A stretch of 64,000 nt of DNA from Callorhinchus milii (lineage: Eukaryota). The notes beneath the pieces were generated by a model that saw only the letters and a list, made by a program, of their open reading frames with translations, was not told the origin of the DNA and made no database searches. Position 1 is the stretch's first letter. Every line of letters begins with the position of its first letter. The position numbers and the translations under genes are program-made. The stretch spans positions 126,358,001 to 126,422,000 of the forward strand of contig NW_024704742.1 in NCBI RefSeq assembly GCF_018977255.1. Reading direction: 5' to 3'. Positions 49,585 to 61,460 of the stretch are shown here, one piece after another.

Positions 49585-50830
49585 TGTGTCAGTCTGGATC
49601 AGGTTATTGCACTCACGGCTGAGTCAGAAGGATGTAACTTCAAGCCTGAAGTCGGGACAACAACAACAACAACAACAAGATTCCATTTATAGAGCGCCTT
49701 TCACGTCAGGAGGACGTCCCAAGGCGCTGCACAGTTGGGTCATGACCCGAGCAGGGGGGAAATGGTCAGGGTGAGGGGAGGGAAGGGAGGGAGAGAGGAG
49801 GGGGAAATGGTCAGGGTGAGGGGAGGGAAGGGAGGGAGCGAGGAGGAGGAAGAGAGTCGAGAGGGGAGCTGAAGGCTCGGTCAAAGAGAAAGGTTTTGAG
49901 ACCGGCCTTGAAGGAGGAAAGGGAGGAAGCAAGGCGAAGGCACTGGGGGATGGAGTTCCAGAGCCTCGGGGCTGAGAGGCTGAAGGCCCGACCACCGATA
50001 GTAGGGCGGTTGGGGCGGGGGACGTGGAGCAGACCGGAGCCAGAGGAACGGAGGGTACGGGCAGGTAGGTAGGGGGATAGTAGGTTGGAGAGGTAGGAGG
50101 GAGCAAGGCCGTGAATGGCCTTGTAGGTGAGGATGAGGATCTTGAAATCAATCCTCTGGGGGATGGGGAGCCAGTGGAGGCGAGCGAGGGTAGGAGTGAT
50201 GTGGTCCCGAAGCCTGGTGCGGGACAGTACACGAGCTGCAGAGTTCTGAATGACCTGCAGCTTGTGGAGGGAGGTGGCGGGAAGGCCGGCGAGGAGAGAG
50301 TTCCCATAGTCCAGCCTTGAGGTGATAAAGGCGTGGACCAGAGTTTCAGCAGCGTGAGGGGTGAGGTAGTGCCGTAATCTGGCGATATTCCGGAGGTGAT
50401 GGAAGGCGGTGCCAGTTGTGGTGCGGATGTGAGGGAGAAAGGACAGCTCAGGGTCAAACAAAACGCCGAGGTTCCTGACTGGCTTTGAGAGGTGGAGAGT
50501 GCAGCCTTGGATGCTGATGGTGTCAGCGCCTGAGGTGCGGAGGCGCTGACGTGAGCCAATCAGGAGGGCCTCGGTTTTTCGCACGTTGAGCTGAAGAAAG
50601 TTGTCTCTCGTCCAGGACTCGATGTCGGACAGGCAGGGACATTGATCTCACAAATCTAGGCTGATATTCCAATATAGTGCTGGAGGTGCACTGCACCGTT
50701 GGAGGTGCCATCCTTCGGATGAGACTTTTAACCAACGTCCCAGCTGCCTGTTCAGGTTGAAGATACCACGTTAAAGATAACATGACACTGTACGCAAAGA
50801 GAAGGCAGTTTCTCCCATCTTCCTGACAAT
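49585..50830 (+). mobile_element. Old DeuSINE split by a young L2
   Basis: The head GTGTCAG..GAGTCAGAAGG (49585-49655) continues at 50640 with CTAGGCTGATATTCC..GGAGGTGCCATCCTTCGGATGAGAC. Confidence 0.8.
49657..50637 (-). mobile_element. Very young 5'-truncated L2 with an uninterrupted ORF2 C-terminus
   Basis: ORF 49811..50584 (257 aa) has no stops or frameshifts. GGGACA flanks both ends, and there is a (CAA)n tail. Confidence 0.96.
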
Positions 50831-51067
50831 CAGTTCCCTATCTCACTTTATTATAGCAGAGGAGACGAGGGAAATCCATTGCATTTGCTTTAAAATATAA
50901 GGCTGCAAGCCCAAAGTTGAGGCTGTTGCACTAAAAAAAATGTGCAAAAGAAAAACAGTCCTACAATTTACTATGAATATCTGCCAGATATCTATGAGTG
51001 CCAGATGCTCACAGGAGCTAACCAGTCTGCTTTCTTGCCTAGGTCATGGACAGTGTTCAAGAGCAGA

Positions 51068-51340
51068 TAATAATAATAATATTAATAATAATAATAATAA
51101 TCTGTGCATTTGATTTAGCGCCTTATCACATTGTTGAGATGACTCAAAGCACCTCACATGATGCACTGTAAAGTGGAGTAGTGCAGTGACTGTATTTTGT
51201 GGGCGAAATACGGTAACCAATTGCGCACAACAGTGTCCCACAAACAATCGTAGATTGAGTTACAAAATGATTATTATTTTTTTTTGGAGGGACTATTACC
51301 CCCAGAAAGCAATCAGCCAATCGACTAACAATTGGATACA
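51068..51340 (-). mobile_element. SINE long form, 5'-truncated
   Basis: Tail, Deu 3' half, and CCCAGAAAGCAATCAGCCAATCGACTAACAA. Confidence 0.82.
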
Positions 51341-52166
51341 CTGATTTTCTCCTTCTGCCCCCGCCTTATTATCACAGTGACACCAAGGCTAATTGTAGTG
51401 CCCTCAATTTCTAACAGCGTCTAACTTGGCATTGAACCTGGGAGCTTTCTTTTTCATCTTATTTTCTTCACTGGATATAATGTAAACTGGAGTGACTGTG
51501 TATTTTGTGGGTAAAGTTCCCCGCACACTGTTTTTTTATGAGGAACTCAATAGAATGTGTTGGGTACCCACAATGATAATGGGATATCCCATTCTCAGGA
51601 TGTAACATAAGCAGATCTGCTACTTTAAGAGATTCAGTATATGTTTCTACCACAATGTCTGACAAGAGGGCATCACTCATGTAGTTCAGTTCACAGTACA
51701 TTATGTTGTCGTGTGGTAGCTCCATGGTTGTGAACGGATCCAGGAACACACATTTTTCCTCTCTGTTGATCTTTGCAATGTTACAATTGAGATTTGTGGA
51801 ATTTGCGCTGCATCAGCCAATTTTCAGAATACTGGACTGAAATCAACAGGGTCAAGTTCGTGGATGTAGAGGTGTGTAGGTGGTGTGGGGGGGTATGTAA
51901 ATACAAAAGATGCATCCCTTCTGCCTCACCAAGTTCCATCTAGAGTTCCAGAGGTTGGGGGTATAGTGACTGAAGGCTTTACAATCAGGACTCAGAGATG
52001 CAAGTGGAGATGACATCACTCAGGCTACAATGCCATCCATTCTGAGCGGAGTTCCCACGGATCCACAAGTTCATATATGTCTCATTACCAAAAAGGAATT
52101 CCCATTTAGGCCTCTGAGGCACGAATTCCCGCCTCACCTTAGTGTGTAACATTGTACAAAAAATGT

Positions 52167-52331
52167 GGTCACTCAGTCCATGACTGTTTGTGCGACACTG
52201 CTGTTGACAGCTGTGTTTCGCCCACAAAATATACAGTCATTTCACTTTACAGTATATCCTGTGCAGCGCTTTGAGACATCACAATGACATGATAAGGCGC
52301 TATATCAAATGCAAGGATTGTATTATTATAT
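52167..52331 (+). mobile_element. SINE 3' portion
   Basis: GGTCACTCAGTCCATGACTGTTTGTG..AAGGCGCTATATCAAATGCAAGG. Confidence 0.82.
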
Positions 52332-52815
52332 TGCCTTACATTTTAAGAATAATCAGAACCGTGGAAAATTCAGTCTGAATTTGGAGGCCAGTATTCTTAA
52401 AAAGGACTGGTTTCCAAATTAATACAGAATTTGATTTTTGCAATTCTGCATCAACTTAGATCTTCAGACAAAATGGTCTTACAGTCTCAGATTGGTTGGT
52501 TTTCGGGCTTTAGAATCCTTACTAAAAAATCCTGTTTGAAATTGTCCCATATTACACCACAGTGTATTATTATTATCATTATTTTAGTCCTTCTTTGTTG
52601 AATAAAAGACTACATGATGGTGCAGGTAACACCAACATGTTTGTTTAATACCTTTATGTTTCAAATTAACAACTATTCGTAACATAGATATATATATAGT
52701 TATTTTTAAAAGAAACTTCACTTCACTCCTGTTTTCTATTTATTTTCTTCCAACAAAAACAATTTATAATCTGTTTCTTACATATTCCAGTGATCCACTG
52801 TGCAATCCAAGCCTC

Positions 52816-53020
52816 TCAACAACAACAATAAATTACATTTGTATAGCGCCTTTCACATCAGGAGGATGTCCCAAGGCGCTGGATAGTCAGGGATCCGCAC
52901 CCGAGCTGGTGGCTGGGATCAGGAGAGGTGGAGGGCGGCGAGGGAAGAGGTAGGAGGGTGACAAAGGCACAGTCGAAGAGCAGGTTCTTGAGATGGCTTT
53001 TGAAGGAGGCAAGGGAGGGT
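52816..53020 (-). mobile_element. L2 3' end
   Basis: ACATTTGTATAGCGCCTTTCACATCAGGAGGATGTCCCAAGGCGCTGG. Confidence 0.88.
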
Positions 53021-53349
53021 TGAGTCTGTGACTCTAAGTCTGTGACTCTCCTATCGCCCCCCCACGACCACCACCACCAATACTCCTATGGCCCTGTTTT
53101 TCTACAGAAGTCTTCCATGATCCCACTGAAGTAATCAAACAGTCGATAAGTACCTAAACCAAAAACCATAGATGACGTCCCATCAAAGTATGGATTTGAT
53201 TACTGATGAGTAGCAGTGACATTGTTAACTAGTGACATTTTATTTGTAAAAAGAGTGACACCAGCATGCTCATCTGCTTCTACTCTCCCCAGCATTAACC
53301 ACAGGCATTCCTGTTTCGTACTCTCACACCTAATAGCTTCCATACTAAC

Positions 53350-53462
53350 CAACGCAGAGGGTTGAGGAACAATAGGGGGTTGCTTTCTCCTCAGAACAGT
53401 GCTATGCTCCATTTCCCACAACAATGTTGAACCTTTGGCTCTTGGAATGTCTGAAATCGTGC
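53350..53462 (-). CDS. Candidate exon 3 of an unidentified minus-strand transcript
   Basis: ctaat..tgtcttttgtag|GCACG...GCGTTG|gttagt. Only one frame is open: (G)TISDIPRAKGSTLLWEMEHSTVLRRKQPPIVPQPSAL. Confidence 0.35.
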
Positions 53463-54040
53463 CTACAAAAGACATAATTAGTTTGAGGTTAAGACTTGGA
53501 AGAGAGTGTAAATACAGTCAGACTTCCGCAAGTTTTTTGAGACAACAGAACGAGCTCGTGTCTTAGTAAGAGCGCTGCCATGGTTTTCATTATCACGTAA
53601 AGTTAATCAAAAACACTTTTACCTCGGGCTGCCAGCCAGACACAACAAGACACCTTATATACTGTGCCACATGAATACAGTGAATGGGAAAAGCCAGCAT
53701 TTGCCTACAGGGGTTGAGTTCTACAGTTGCCTGGCTCCTCACCTTGCCTGCTACTGTTAGGAGCCACTTTGTTCTATAAGTTTGTGGCCAATCCTCCAGG
53801 CAAAGTCAAGATATCCCATCAAGCAACCACAAAGAGCCTGCACATGCCTACAATTCAAGCACTTCCGCCACCGGTCTGCTGAGAGAGGTTTTTTTTTGTC
53901 AATTTTACACGCAAACTGCTAAATATTCCTGCATGGGAACTTTTGGATAATCCGATTAGTGAACAAGGGGATGAGTGGTTCCTTGCCTCTTGGAAAAGTT
54001 TCTACACAGGGCATGGGGAGGCTTCTGTCCCCACTGGGAG

Positions 54041-54290
54041 ATAATTATTATAATAATAATAATCCTTGCTTTTAATCTAGCGCTTTATCACATCATCAAG
54101 ACATCTCAAAGCGCTTCACAGATTATACTGTAAAGTGAATTGACTGTATATTTTGTGGGTGAAACTCGGCAGCCAATTGCCCACAGCAGTGTCCCACAAA
54201 CATGGATTGAATGACCAATTTTTTTTTGCATGGATTATTACCCCCAGAAAGTGATCTGCCAATTGCGTAACAACTGGATTCCTATTTAGA
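54041..54290 (-). mobile_element. SINE long form, 5'-truncated
   Basis: Tail, Deu 3' half, and CCCCCAGAAAGTGATCTGCCAATTG..TTCCTATTTA. Confidence 0.82.
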
Positions 54291-54855
54291 GATTTAAAAT
54301 TCTCCTGAACTGGGAAAGAGTCTATTTTTTACTGTTTTTTCTCCTCCAGTTAACCAATTCTCTTCCCCTCTACAAAAAATACAGTCATGACACTTTTCAG
54401 TATATTCTGTGATGTGCTTGAGATGACTCCTGACATGAAAGGTGGCATATCAAAAGCTAGGATTTTTTTTATTAAGTTGCTGACACACACTAAGATGCAA
54501 TTCTAAGGATATTGGGCACTCTGGATACCTTATCAAAGCAGTATAAATGTTTCAGCTTGACCCTGTTCTCACCCAGCATCTCCACACATACCGCTTAACT
54601 CCTTCCCCCAGTTCGGGTCCCATCCAGCATTGTCAAGCGCTTCAAGGAGTTCTCCCACTCTGAAAGTTTCTATATTAAATGCGAGGATTATTATTGTACA
54701 GTTTAAAACACAGAGGGTTCTCAATCCCCAATTCCTCTTACCTCACTGAGCCAATGGGATTGAGTGCCAAGCAGACTTGAAGCACTTCCCATCACGACTG
54801 AGTGAAAATCTAAGGATGTGTCAACATGTGTCCATCTTACACATCTGCACCTTAC

Positions 54856-54918
54856 CTGGTAGATACTCAAAAGTAGCTTTGCCCAATTTTCCAACTGGGC
54901 AATGTATAACACAAGAGC
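54856..54918 (-). CDS. Candidate exon 2 (63 nt, frame-preserving)
   Basis: ttgtctttatctttcttgtaaag|GCTCTT...CTACCAG|gtaagg, reading (G)SCVIHCPVGKLGKATFEYLP. Confidence 0.4.
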
Positions 54919-55029
54919 CTTTACAAGAAAGATAAAGACAAAAATAAATGTAAATTTAGTTCACAGAATCAATAATAGTTGTAAATCATTTCTACTTAAG
55001 AGTTCTTATGTAACGTCCTATTTATAAAG

Positions 55030-55455
55030 GTGTCAGCATGGCTCAGCTGATCGCTCTCTCCCTTCTGAGTTAGAAGTTTCTGGGTTCAAATTCCACATTA
55101 GGCCTCCCATAGTCCAGGCTGACACGATCGCTTTATGTTGCGGTGGGCTGTATTGTCGGAGGTGCTGTGCTTCAGACAAGACTTTAAACCAAGATCTAGT
55201 CTGTCTGTTCAGGTGGGCGTTAAACATTCATTGACACTATTTAAAAAAAGAAGGAAGTATCACCCAATGTCCAACAATCCCCCAGATAAAATCGGTCACT
55301 CACTTGATGGCTGTTAGTGGGATATTGCTGAGCACAAATTGATAGGCGTGTTCATCTACACAGTACTGTCATTACACTTTATAGTAAGTCCTGGGAAGTG
55401 TTTTGAGGTGTCCTCCTGATGTGAAAGGCGTCATATCAAATGCATGATTAGTATT
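55030..55455 (+). mobile_element. Full-length old DeuSINE (SacSINE1-like)
   Basis: GTGTCAGCATGGCTCAG..GGGTTCAAATTCCAC..CCAGGCTGACAC..TGTCGGAGGTGC..CAGGTGGGCGTTAAA..tail. Confidence 0.87.
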
Positions 55456-56093
55456 AGGAGAAGGGAAATGGCAGAAATTGGGATTAGGTCCAGTGGACGA
55501 GCTGGTACTTGATCATATGTTATAAACGTTGCCATTTAAAAGAAGGTTAAAATAACAGGACGGAATTACACGTCAGAATTTTCTGGACCCTGTGTATCTG
55601 GGAAAAAGAAACATTTGATAATTTGTAACATTTAAACAAGGACATGGCATTAATCTGATTAGAATGGGATGTTGAAGATAATTAAATAGAAGCATAAATT
55701 ATTCATCTAGAATTGTCAGCTCTGAACTTGTTACTCTTTGACTATGGTGGTAACTTTGACCTATTTACTGCTGGTCTGTGCCTCTGTCTTTGTACATTAA
55801 AATGATTTTCAGAGCACTTTGTTTGCTTGTTATAGTGAATAGCAACATATTTAAAGACGTATATGTGAAAGTTGTCACAGCAAAATATTAAAATAATACT
55901 ATATTTCATGCTACAAAGTATCTAAACAGACTTTCACAGAGTATTTACTAAATGTATTTACAACAAATTCACAATGAGTAGGAAAATAGTGTGGATGTGG
56001 ATGTTTCCTAATAAATGTATCTACAACTTGATCAACATCTCTATTCATATATATTTCATATATTTGAATTTCCTGCTGTGCAGTAATTTTTTT

Positions 56094-56242
56094 TCATAGA
56101 TTCATAGACTGTTATGGCACAGAAGGAGGCCATTCGGCCCATCGAGTCTGTGCCGGCTCTTTGACAGAGCAAGTCACTTTCACTAATCCCAATCCCCATA
56201 ACCCTGCAAACCCGTCTTCCCCAGATACCTATCCAGTTCTCT
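56094..56242 (-). mobile_element. CR1 3' end
   Basis: TTCATAGATTCATAGA repeat plus GGCACAGAAGGAGGCCATTCGGCCCATCGAGTC. Confidence 0.85.
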
Positions 56243-56293
56243 GATGTAATGATACTGGTGTCCCCATGCTGGCTTCATTACAAGCAGTGGCAC

Positions 56294-56650
56294 ATTAAAA
56301 AAAATTGAAAAAAGGTATTTGGATTTCTCTGTATCTATTGAAGCCTCTTTCTGTCCCTGTCAGTGAGTGTCACGAAGACACTGACTGACATGTACAGACA
56401 CAAGCTCGATACATACAGAGAAGCCTAGAAAGTTGTTTTCAGTTTTTTTTAATTCCTCGCTGTCTGTGATGACACAGGTATCCCTATAATGGCATCATTA
56501 CGTACATTGGGGAATACAAAAAAATAAAATAACCCTCTGTGCCTCTCTGCATCCACCAGAGTCCCTGTTTGTTTCTGTCTCTCACTGACAGGGATAGACA
56601 GAGGCTCTGATTGACAAATAGAGGATTTTCTTTAAATTTAATTCCCCCGT
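56294..56650. repeat. Compound palindrome, possible MITE
   Basis: Fold-back 56294-56453 centred on ACGAA (56372-56376). In addition, 56342-56367 is inverted at 56581-56606 (24/26). Confidence 0.6.
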
Positions 56651-56811
56651 CTATTGATGGGGTATACAGACATTTATTAAATAAGTCGGTGATTCAATGA
56701 TACCTAGCTTGAGATATTGGTACTGTATTTCTGATGAAAAAAATAAATACTTTAGTCTGGGGGGAGGGGGTTTCTGTCATTTTTCTCTCCCGCCCAAACC
56801 AGATCCACCCC

Positions 56812-57123
56812 ATGGAGTCCTGTAGCTCAGTGGTTAGAGCACTCGCTTTGCAAGTGAGAGACCTGAGTTCAATTCCAGGCAGAGGGCAAAACCTTGGGCA
56901 AGTTTCCTTACTCCACACGCCTAATAATAATCTCTCCAAAAACCAAAAACACTAATAAATTGGTCATTTTCAATCTACGATTGTTTGTAGGCTACAATTG
57001 GCTGCCGCGTTCGCCCACAGATATACCGTCAATTCACTTTACAGTGTGTTCTGTGAAGCGCTTTGGGACGTCCTCCCGATGTGAAAAGCGCTATATCAAA
57101 TGCAAGGATTATTATTATTATTA
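56812..57123 (+). mobile_element. Young tRNA(Ala)-like SINE
   Basis: Full length, with a small deletion in the Deu part. Confidence 0.93.
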
Positions 57124-58176
57124 TCATGTAACTTCTGATTTTGTGAAATAAATTGTTACTAACAAATATCTTGTGTAATTCTTCTCCTAAGAACCATTAT
57201 TACAACTTTAACACAATTTTTTTCTTCTTATCCTCCCTTTTCCCCGGGTAGTGAAAAGCAGTTAAATTAAAAGAAGTAACATTTACAAAGGACAAGACCA
57301 TCATTTTTGAGTGAAACTAAGACCCTGTTTTTTTTCTCATTTGTTCATCCACTAAGTCAGCTGTTTTGATCATTGGAGCGTATGAAAGCACTGGGCTAGA
57401 ATGTTCAAACCCAAGAAATAAGCCATTCTTTTACAAGGTGAAATCCAAATCCTGTTTTATTATGTTGTCAATACACTGCAAGAGATTCAGTTCAGCTTGT
57501 TAACATGATAGCAGACAGATGAGGTGAAATAAAAAAAAGTACTGGTCTGTGAAAGCCAAGTGAAGGGAAATTGAACAGTCCTCTCAGGTTGCTCAGGTGA
57601 GTCTCAAACCACAAGCAGAGACTCAGCCAATGGCCAAATTGATGCAAGTTCCATTTGGCTACCCCGGACACTTTGACATCGTATCCAACTGTCTGCACAA
57701 AAGGGTAGATTTGCAATAGCTTTTTGTAGATACTTAAAACAATGAACAAAGACTTCTTTAAAAAAAAGAGAAAAAAAAGAAAGATACAAAATATCAAAGG
57801 AAGAGAATGTGCACTTCACAAAGCCCTTAGAAACCTGCCTTCGCCATACTATAATTGTACAGAATTTCCCCTGGTGAATGTTCCAAAACCAGAAACACTC
57901 ACACGATTTTTAGTTTTCTAACCTCTTTGACCACTTCATTTTCTTCTCTTTAGCCTCAAATACTTATGTCTTCAATTCAGCTCATCAAGTTGGATAAGTT
58001 CCCTGGGGACTCAGGATGCAAAGTAAAGCTCTGTTCTGTAATTAGTTTCAGTAGTGCATTAGGAAATTTGATTTGCTTGTTTTTTTTCTGCAAACTTCAA
58101 TGATTTTTTTTAAAAGTGGTGCCAAGCATATTTCATGTCTATGTTAACCCTTTGAGAGCAACTTGGAGCGTGTTAC

Positions 58177-58229
58177 CAGCTGCTCTCTCGTTCTCTATCT
58201 GTGACATTTGCGTGTCTTTCATTTCAAAC
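58177..58229 (-). CDS. Candidate exon 1 (53 nt)
   Basis: ttttatgttttgtgttttag|GTTTGAAATG...GCAGCTG|gtaaca. The only open frame is FEMKDTQMSQIENERAA. Confidence 0.33.
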
Positions 58230-59010
58230 CTAAAACACAAAACATAAAATGAATCAACTATTGAAACAAGGTCAAGAATGTTGTGAAGTAATCAGCACCT
58301 TGGGACATCCCCCCAACGTGAAAGGCGCTATACAAATGTAATCTTGTTGTTGTTGTTGTTCAGTTAGCACTGCTCTGCAGTTCTGTCTATTTCTTTAATA
58401 ATAATAATAATCCTTGCTTGTGAAATAGCGCCTTATCATGTCTTCGAGACATCCCAAAGCACTTCACAGAATATACTGTAAAGTGAATTGACTCTATATT
58501 TTGTGGGCGAAATATTCCTCAATGCAGCAATAGGGTCTGAAATGGGGCAATTTCTAATGAGATTTGCTTAAGAGATTCTGAGTTGCAAATAGCAATTCCA
58601 AACAGTGCATCAAGCTGACTTGTGAAAAACTTGATCAAATGCAATCTACTCATGGAGCACATTTCCCCAGTATGTCCCCAGCGGAGCATACTGTTACCAG
58701 AAGGAGCTCCATATTATAACAATAATAGCATTCCTTACATTTAATATAGCATCTTTTGCATCATTTGTCTCTTCAGTCCCTCTAGAAACTACAGTACTTT
58801 AAAAAATCAATCACCCAACCACTGCATCACCTAAACACAAGTTTGGTATCACCTAACCATTGCTTGAACTGCTTGAACCTAAAACAGAAAATACAATGAA
58901 TCGACTATTGAATGTTATGAATTAAGCACCGTTCTGCAGTTCTGTCTATTTCTCTAATATTCCCCAGTAAACTTAATAGGGTTGAAATGGGGTAATTTCA
59001 AATAAGATTA
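58226..59010 (+). repeat. Old local duplication (58226-58565 vs 58876-59010); the first copy has two retroposon tails inserted
   Basis: AACCTAAAACA..ATGAATC.ACTATTG, CTGCAGTTCTGTCTATTTCT and AATAGGGT.TGAAATGGGG.AATTTC are shared in the same order. Confidence 0.8.
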
Positions 59011-59812
59011 ATAAAACAGCCACTGTTTTATCTCCTCCTGTCTGTCCTGCATTTTTGCACTTTGATGGATTTTTGTTAAAGAAAGAAAAATCACACAGTC
59101 ACATCACATTACAGCAATATTCCTGTGAAACAATTGTCAGACTCCACCAGTGTCAAGTGCTCCGGGATGCTACCCTGCATGAAGGGCGCTGTATAAATGC
59201 AAGTTGTTGTTGTTTCCCTGGCACCGCCTGGCCCCACCCAGCCTAAAGCACCAGCCACCATTAGTAATCAACTCAAATAAACTGACACAACTATGATAAT
59301 AATAATAATCCTTGCATTTGATATAACGCCTTATCACATCTTTGAGACGTGTCTACATTAGACATACTAATAAGTGGTTAGAAGGCCATTTACAGATATA
59401 TAGCATGTAAACCAATCAACTAAAGGTTAGTAGGATTTTTTGCTACAAATACACAGTCACCACCCTTCACAATAAAATCCTGTGAAATGCAATAAGGTGC
59501 TATATTGAATGCCATGATTTACTATTGTTAATTATTATTACAGTGACTTTACTGGGAGTATTTGGTTTCATAAAGCTGCTATGCTGCCAACCATCATGTG
59601 ACCCAGAGTGATGGATCTTGGTATTGAGAATGGCTTCCTGGGGGGAAGAGGGAGAAAGGAGGGGAGAGGGAAGAATGAGGATTCCTCCTCCAGTACATTC
59701 AGGTCTTTGGTATTGGATGCTAATGGAATTTCTAAATTTAGATCCAAATATAAGCACCTCACTCTACATTATCCGTTTAATTAAATGTAGCAGTTTAACT
59801 CGCTTCCCAAAA

Positions 59813-59894
59813 AATCTGTATTTTAATTCTTAGAAATATTAAATAATGAGTCTCTTCTCATTATTTAATATTTCTAAGAATTACAATACAGATT
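59813..59894. repeat. Near-perfect AT-rich inverted repeat
   Basis: 38-bp arms (59813-59850 and 59857-59894), 37/38 complementary, with a 6-nt loop TCTCTT. Confidence 0.95.
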
Positions 59895-60878
59895 GTTATG
59901 GCAATACAGAACTCATGTTATGGCATGGAAGCTAACAGTGACACTACATGCCATAACAACATTTCTATAATTGTGTAAAATTGCAGTTCAGTGAGAAGTG
60001 CACTTGATTATCTCGTTCTGCTGGTCCAATCCATCTGCCATTTCCTCTCTCTCTCCAATCAGTATTTTGAAGTCCCAATTGTCCTGTAAAATGATATCTT
60101 CCCTTTAGATAGTTCAGTGTGTGGCTAAATTGAAAAAATACCAAGTATTTTCACACTTCATGGAACATTTCCAATTCTGTGCGGTGTAAAATGTAGCATT
60201 GGGGGGCCGTTGAGGTATATAGAGTGTTTAGTGCCTTGAGATGCAATCTTTTAGTGCCCCCAATAAACTATTTATTAGGGCATTAAAGATTACAGGAAAT
60301 GGCTCAGATTCTATCTAAGAGCATCTGAAACCCAAGGTATCTGCAAGCCTGTCCACCCCCCACCCAAACGGACCATTGCTCTTTTGCTTTTATAGAAAGT
60401 TCCACCATATCAAATTCAATTAGTCCTCTTGAGATCCAGAGATTGCATAATAAAATAAATCGAACAGTATCCACTTCTCTTTTCCCTACATCTAAATGTT
60501 GATTTTAACATTGAGTGGAGGGCAGAAAGTCCAGCTGAGGATCCTTTTGTTTTTTTACAGAATGTTCTTATTTCTGATGATTCCAATACATGAAAGCAAA
60601 ATATTTATCACTGCTCCCATTTTGCTTTGCAATTTAGTGATCCTTTTGTTTATTCCTCCTTCCTCCGCCCCCAATATAACCTCTCTTCTGTTTACCCTGT
60701 CAGCTATCTGATCCTACAGGAGTTAATAGTTCAACCATAAATCTGAGAAAGGTGAGAGGAAATAGCAATGATGTCTTTTATTGTCCTTTCGGGGACATTC
60801 TATGTGAAACAATGAGCTGCTTCTGAATTTGCAGTTTGTTTTATTGATCCACCTGAATTGCTAGTGCCTTCAACGTAG

Positions 60879-61014
60879 GAGACTTGTAGTTGAATGTGGT
60901 TAGTGGAGGCTTGTAGTTCAACATGGTTAGTGGAGGTTTCTAGTTGAACATGCTTATTAGGAGCCTGTAGATGAATGTGGTTGTCAGAGGCCTGTAATGG
61001 AGGTTAGTGGAGAC
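60879..61014 (+). repeat. 27-bp degenerate minisatellite, about 5 units
   Basis: GAGGCTTGTAGTTGAACATGGTTAGTG-like units in tandem, with no spacers. Confidence 0.85.
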
Positions 61015-61099
61015 CAAGTGCCCCCTAAATATTGGGTGATGTTATTTTCAGGCCATTTCCAAATCTCCGCTGTCTCAATTTCGTTAGATTCCTCCTGAC

Positions 61100-61460
61100 C
61101 TCAGTAAGCAATAGGCCATCAAGTGACCTGGTCCCAGTGACTGGTCTTCCCTTCCAGGTCTAGCAGATGAGCCAGGCTGGATGTGCTTTCATCCACAATG
61201 CCCTGGAATACTGCACACCCGCCTGGCTCAGGAACTGGACCACTGAGATGGTGGGCTCAATTCTGACATTCTCTTGTCAAACTTGGAGACACTTCCCCCC
61301 CACACCCCCTGCCCCCAGGAGGATAGTATGTGTAAGAACATGCTGACATCATTGCCCGGGCTTTGACCCCACTAAGGTCACCTCATTTTACTTCTGTACG
61401 CGAAGGCAATGTGGCAATGGCTATCATTGCTATTCGAGGTGTAGCCTAAACCAGGCATCA
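61100..61460 (-). repeat. Unclassified ancient repeat, copy D
   Basis: The reverse complement contains GTTCCTGAGCCAGGC and GGGCATTGTGGATGA..CTGGCTCATCTGCTAGACCTGGAAGGG, matching 9360-9446. Confidence 0.65.

Noticed and set aside
49687..50559. 290-aa Pro/Ser-rich ORF (and similar ones at 31517, 13114, 6768)
   Set aside because: Alternative-frame or frameshift read-through of C-rich L2 sequence.
60879..61014. CRISPR-like array
   Set aside because: Contiguous degenerate 27-bp units with no spacers in a eukaryotic context. This is a minisatellite.
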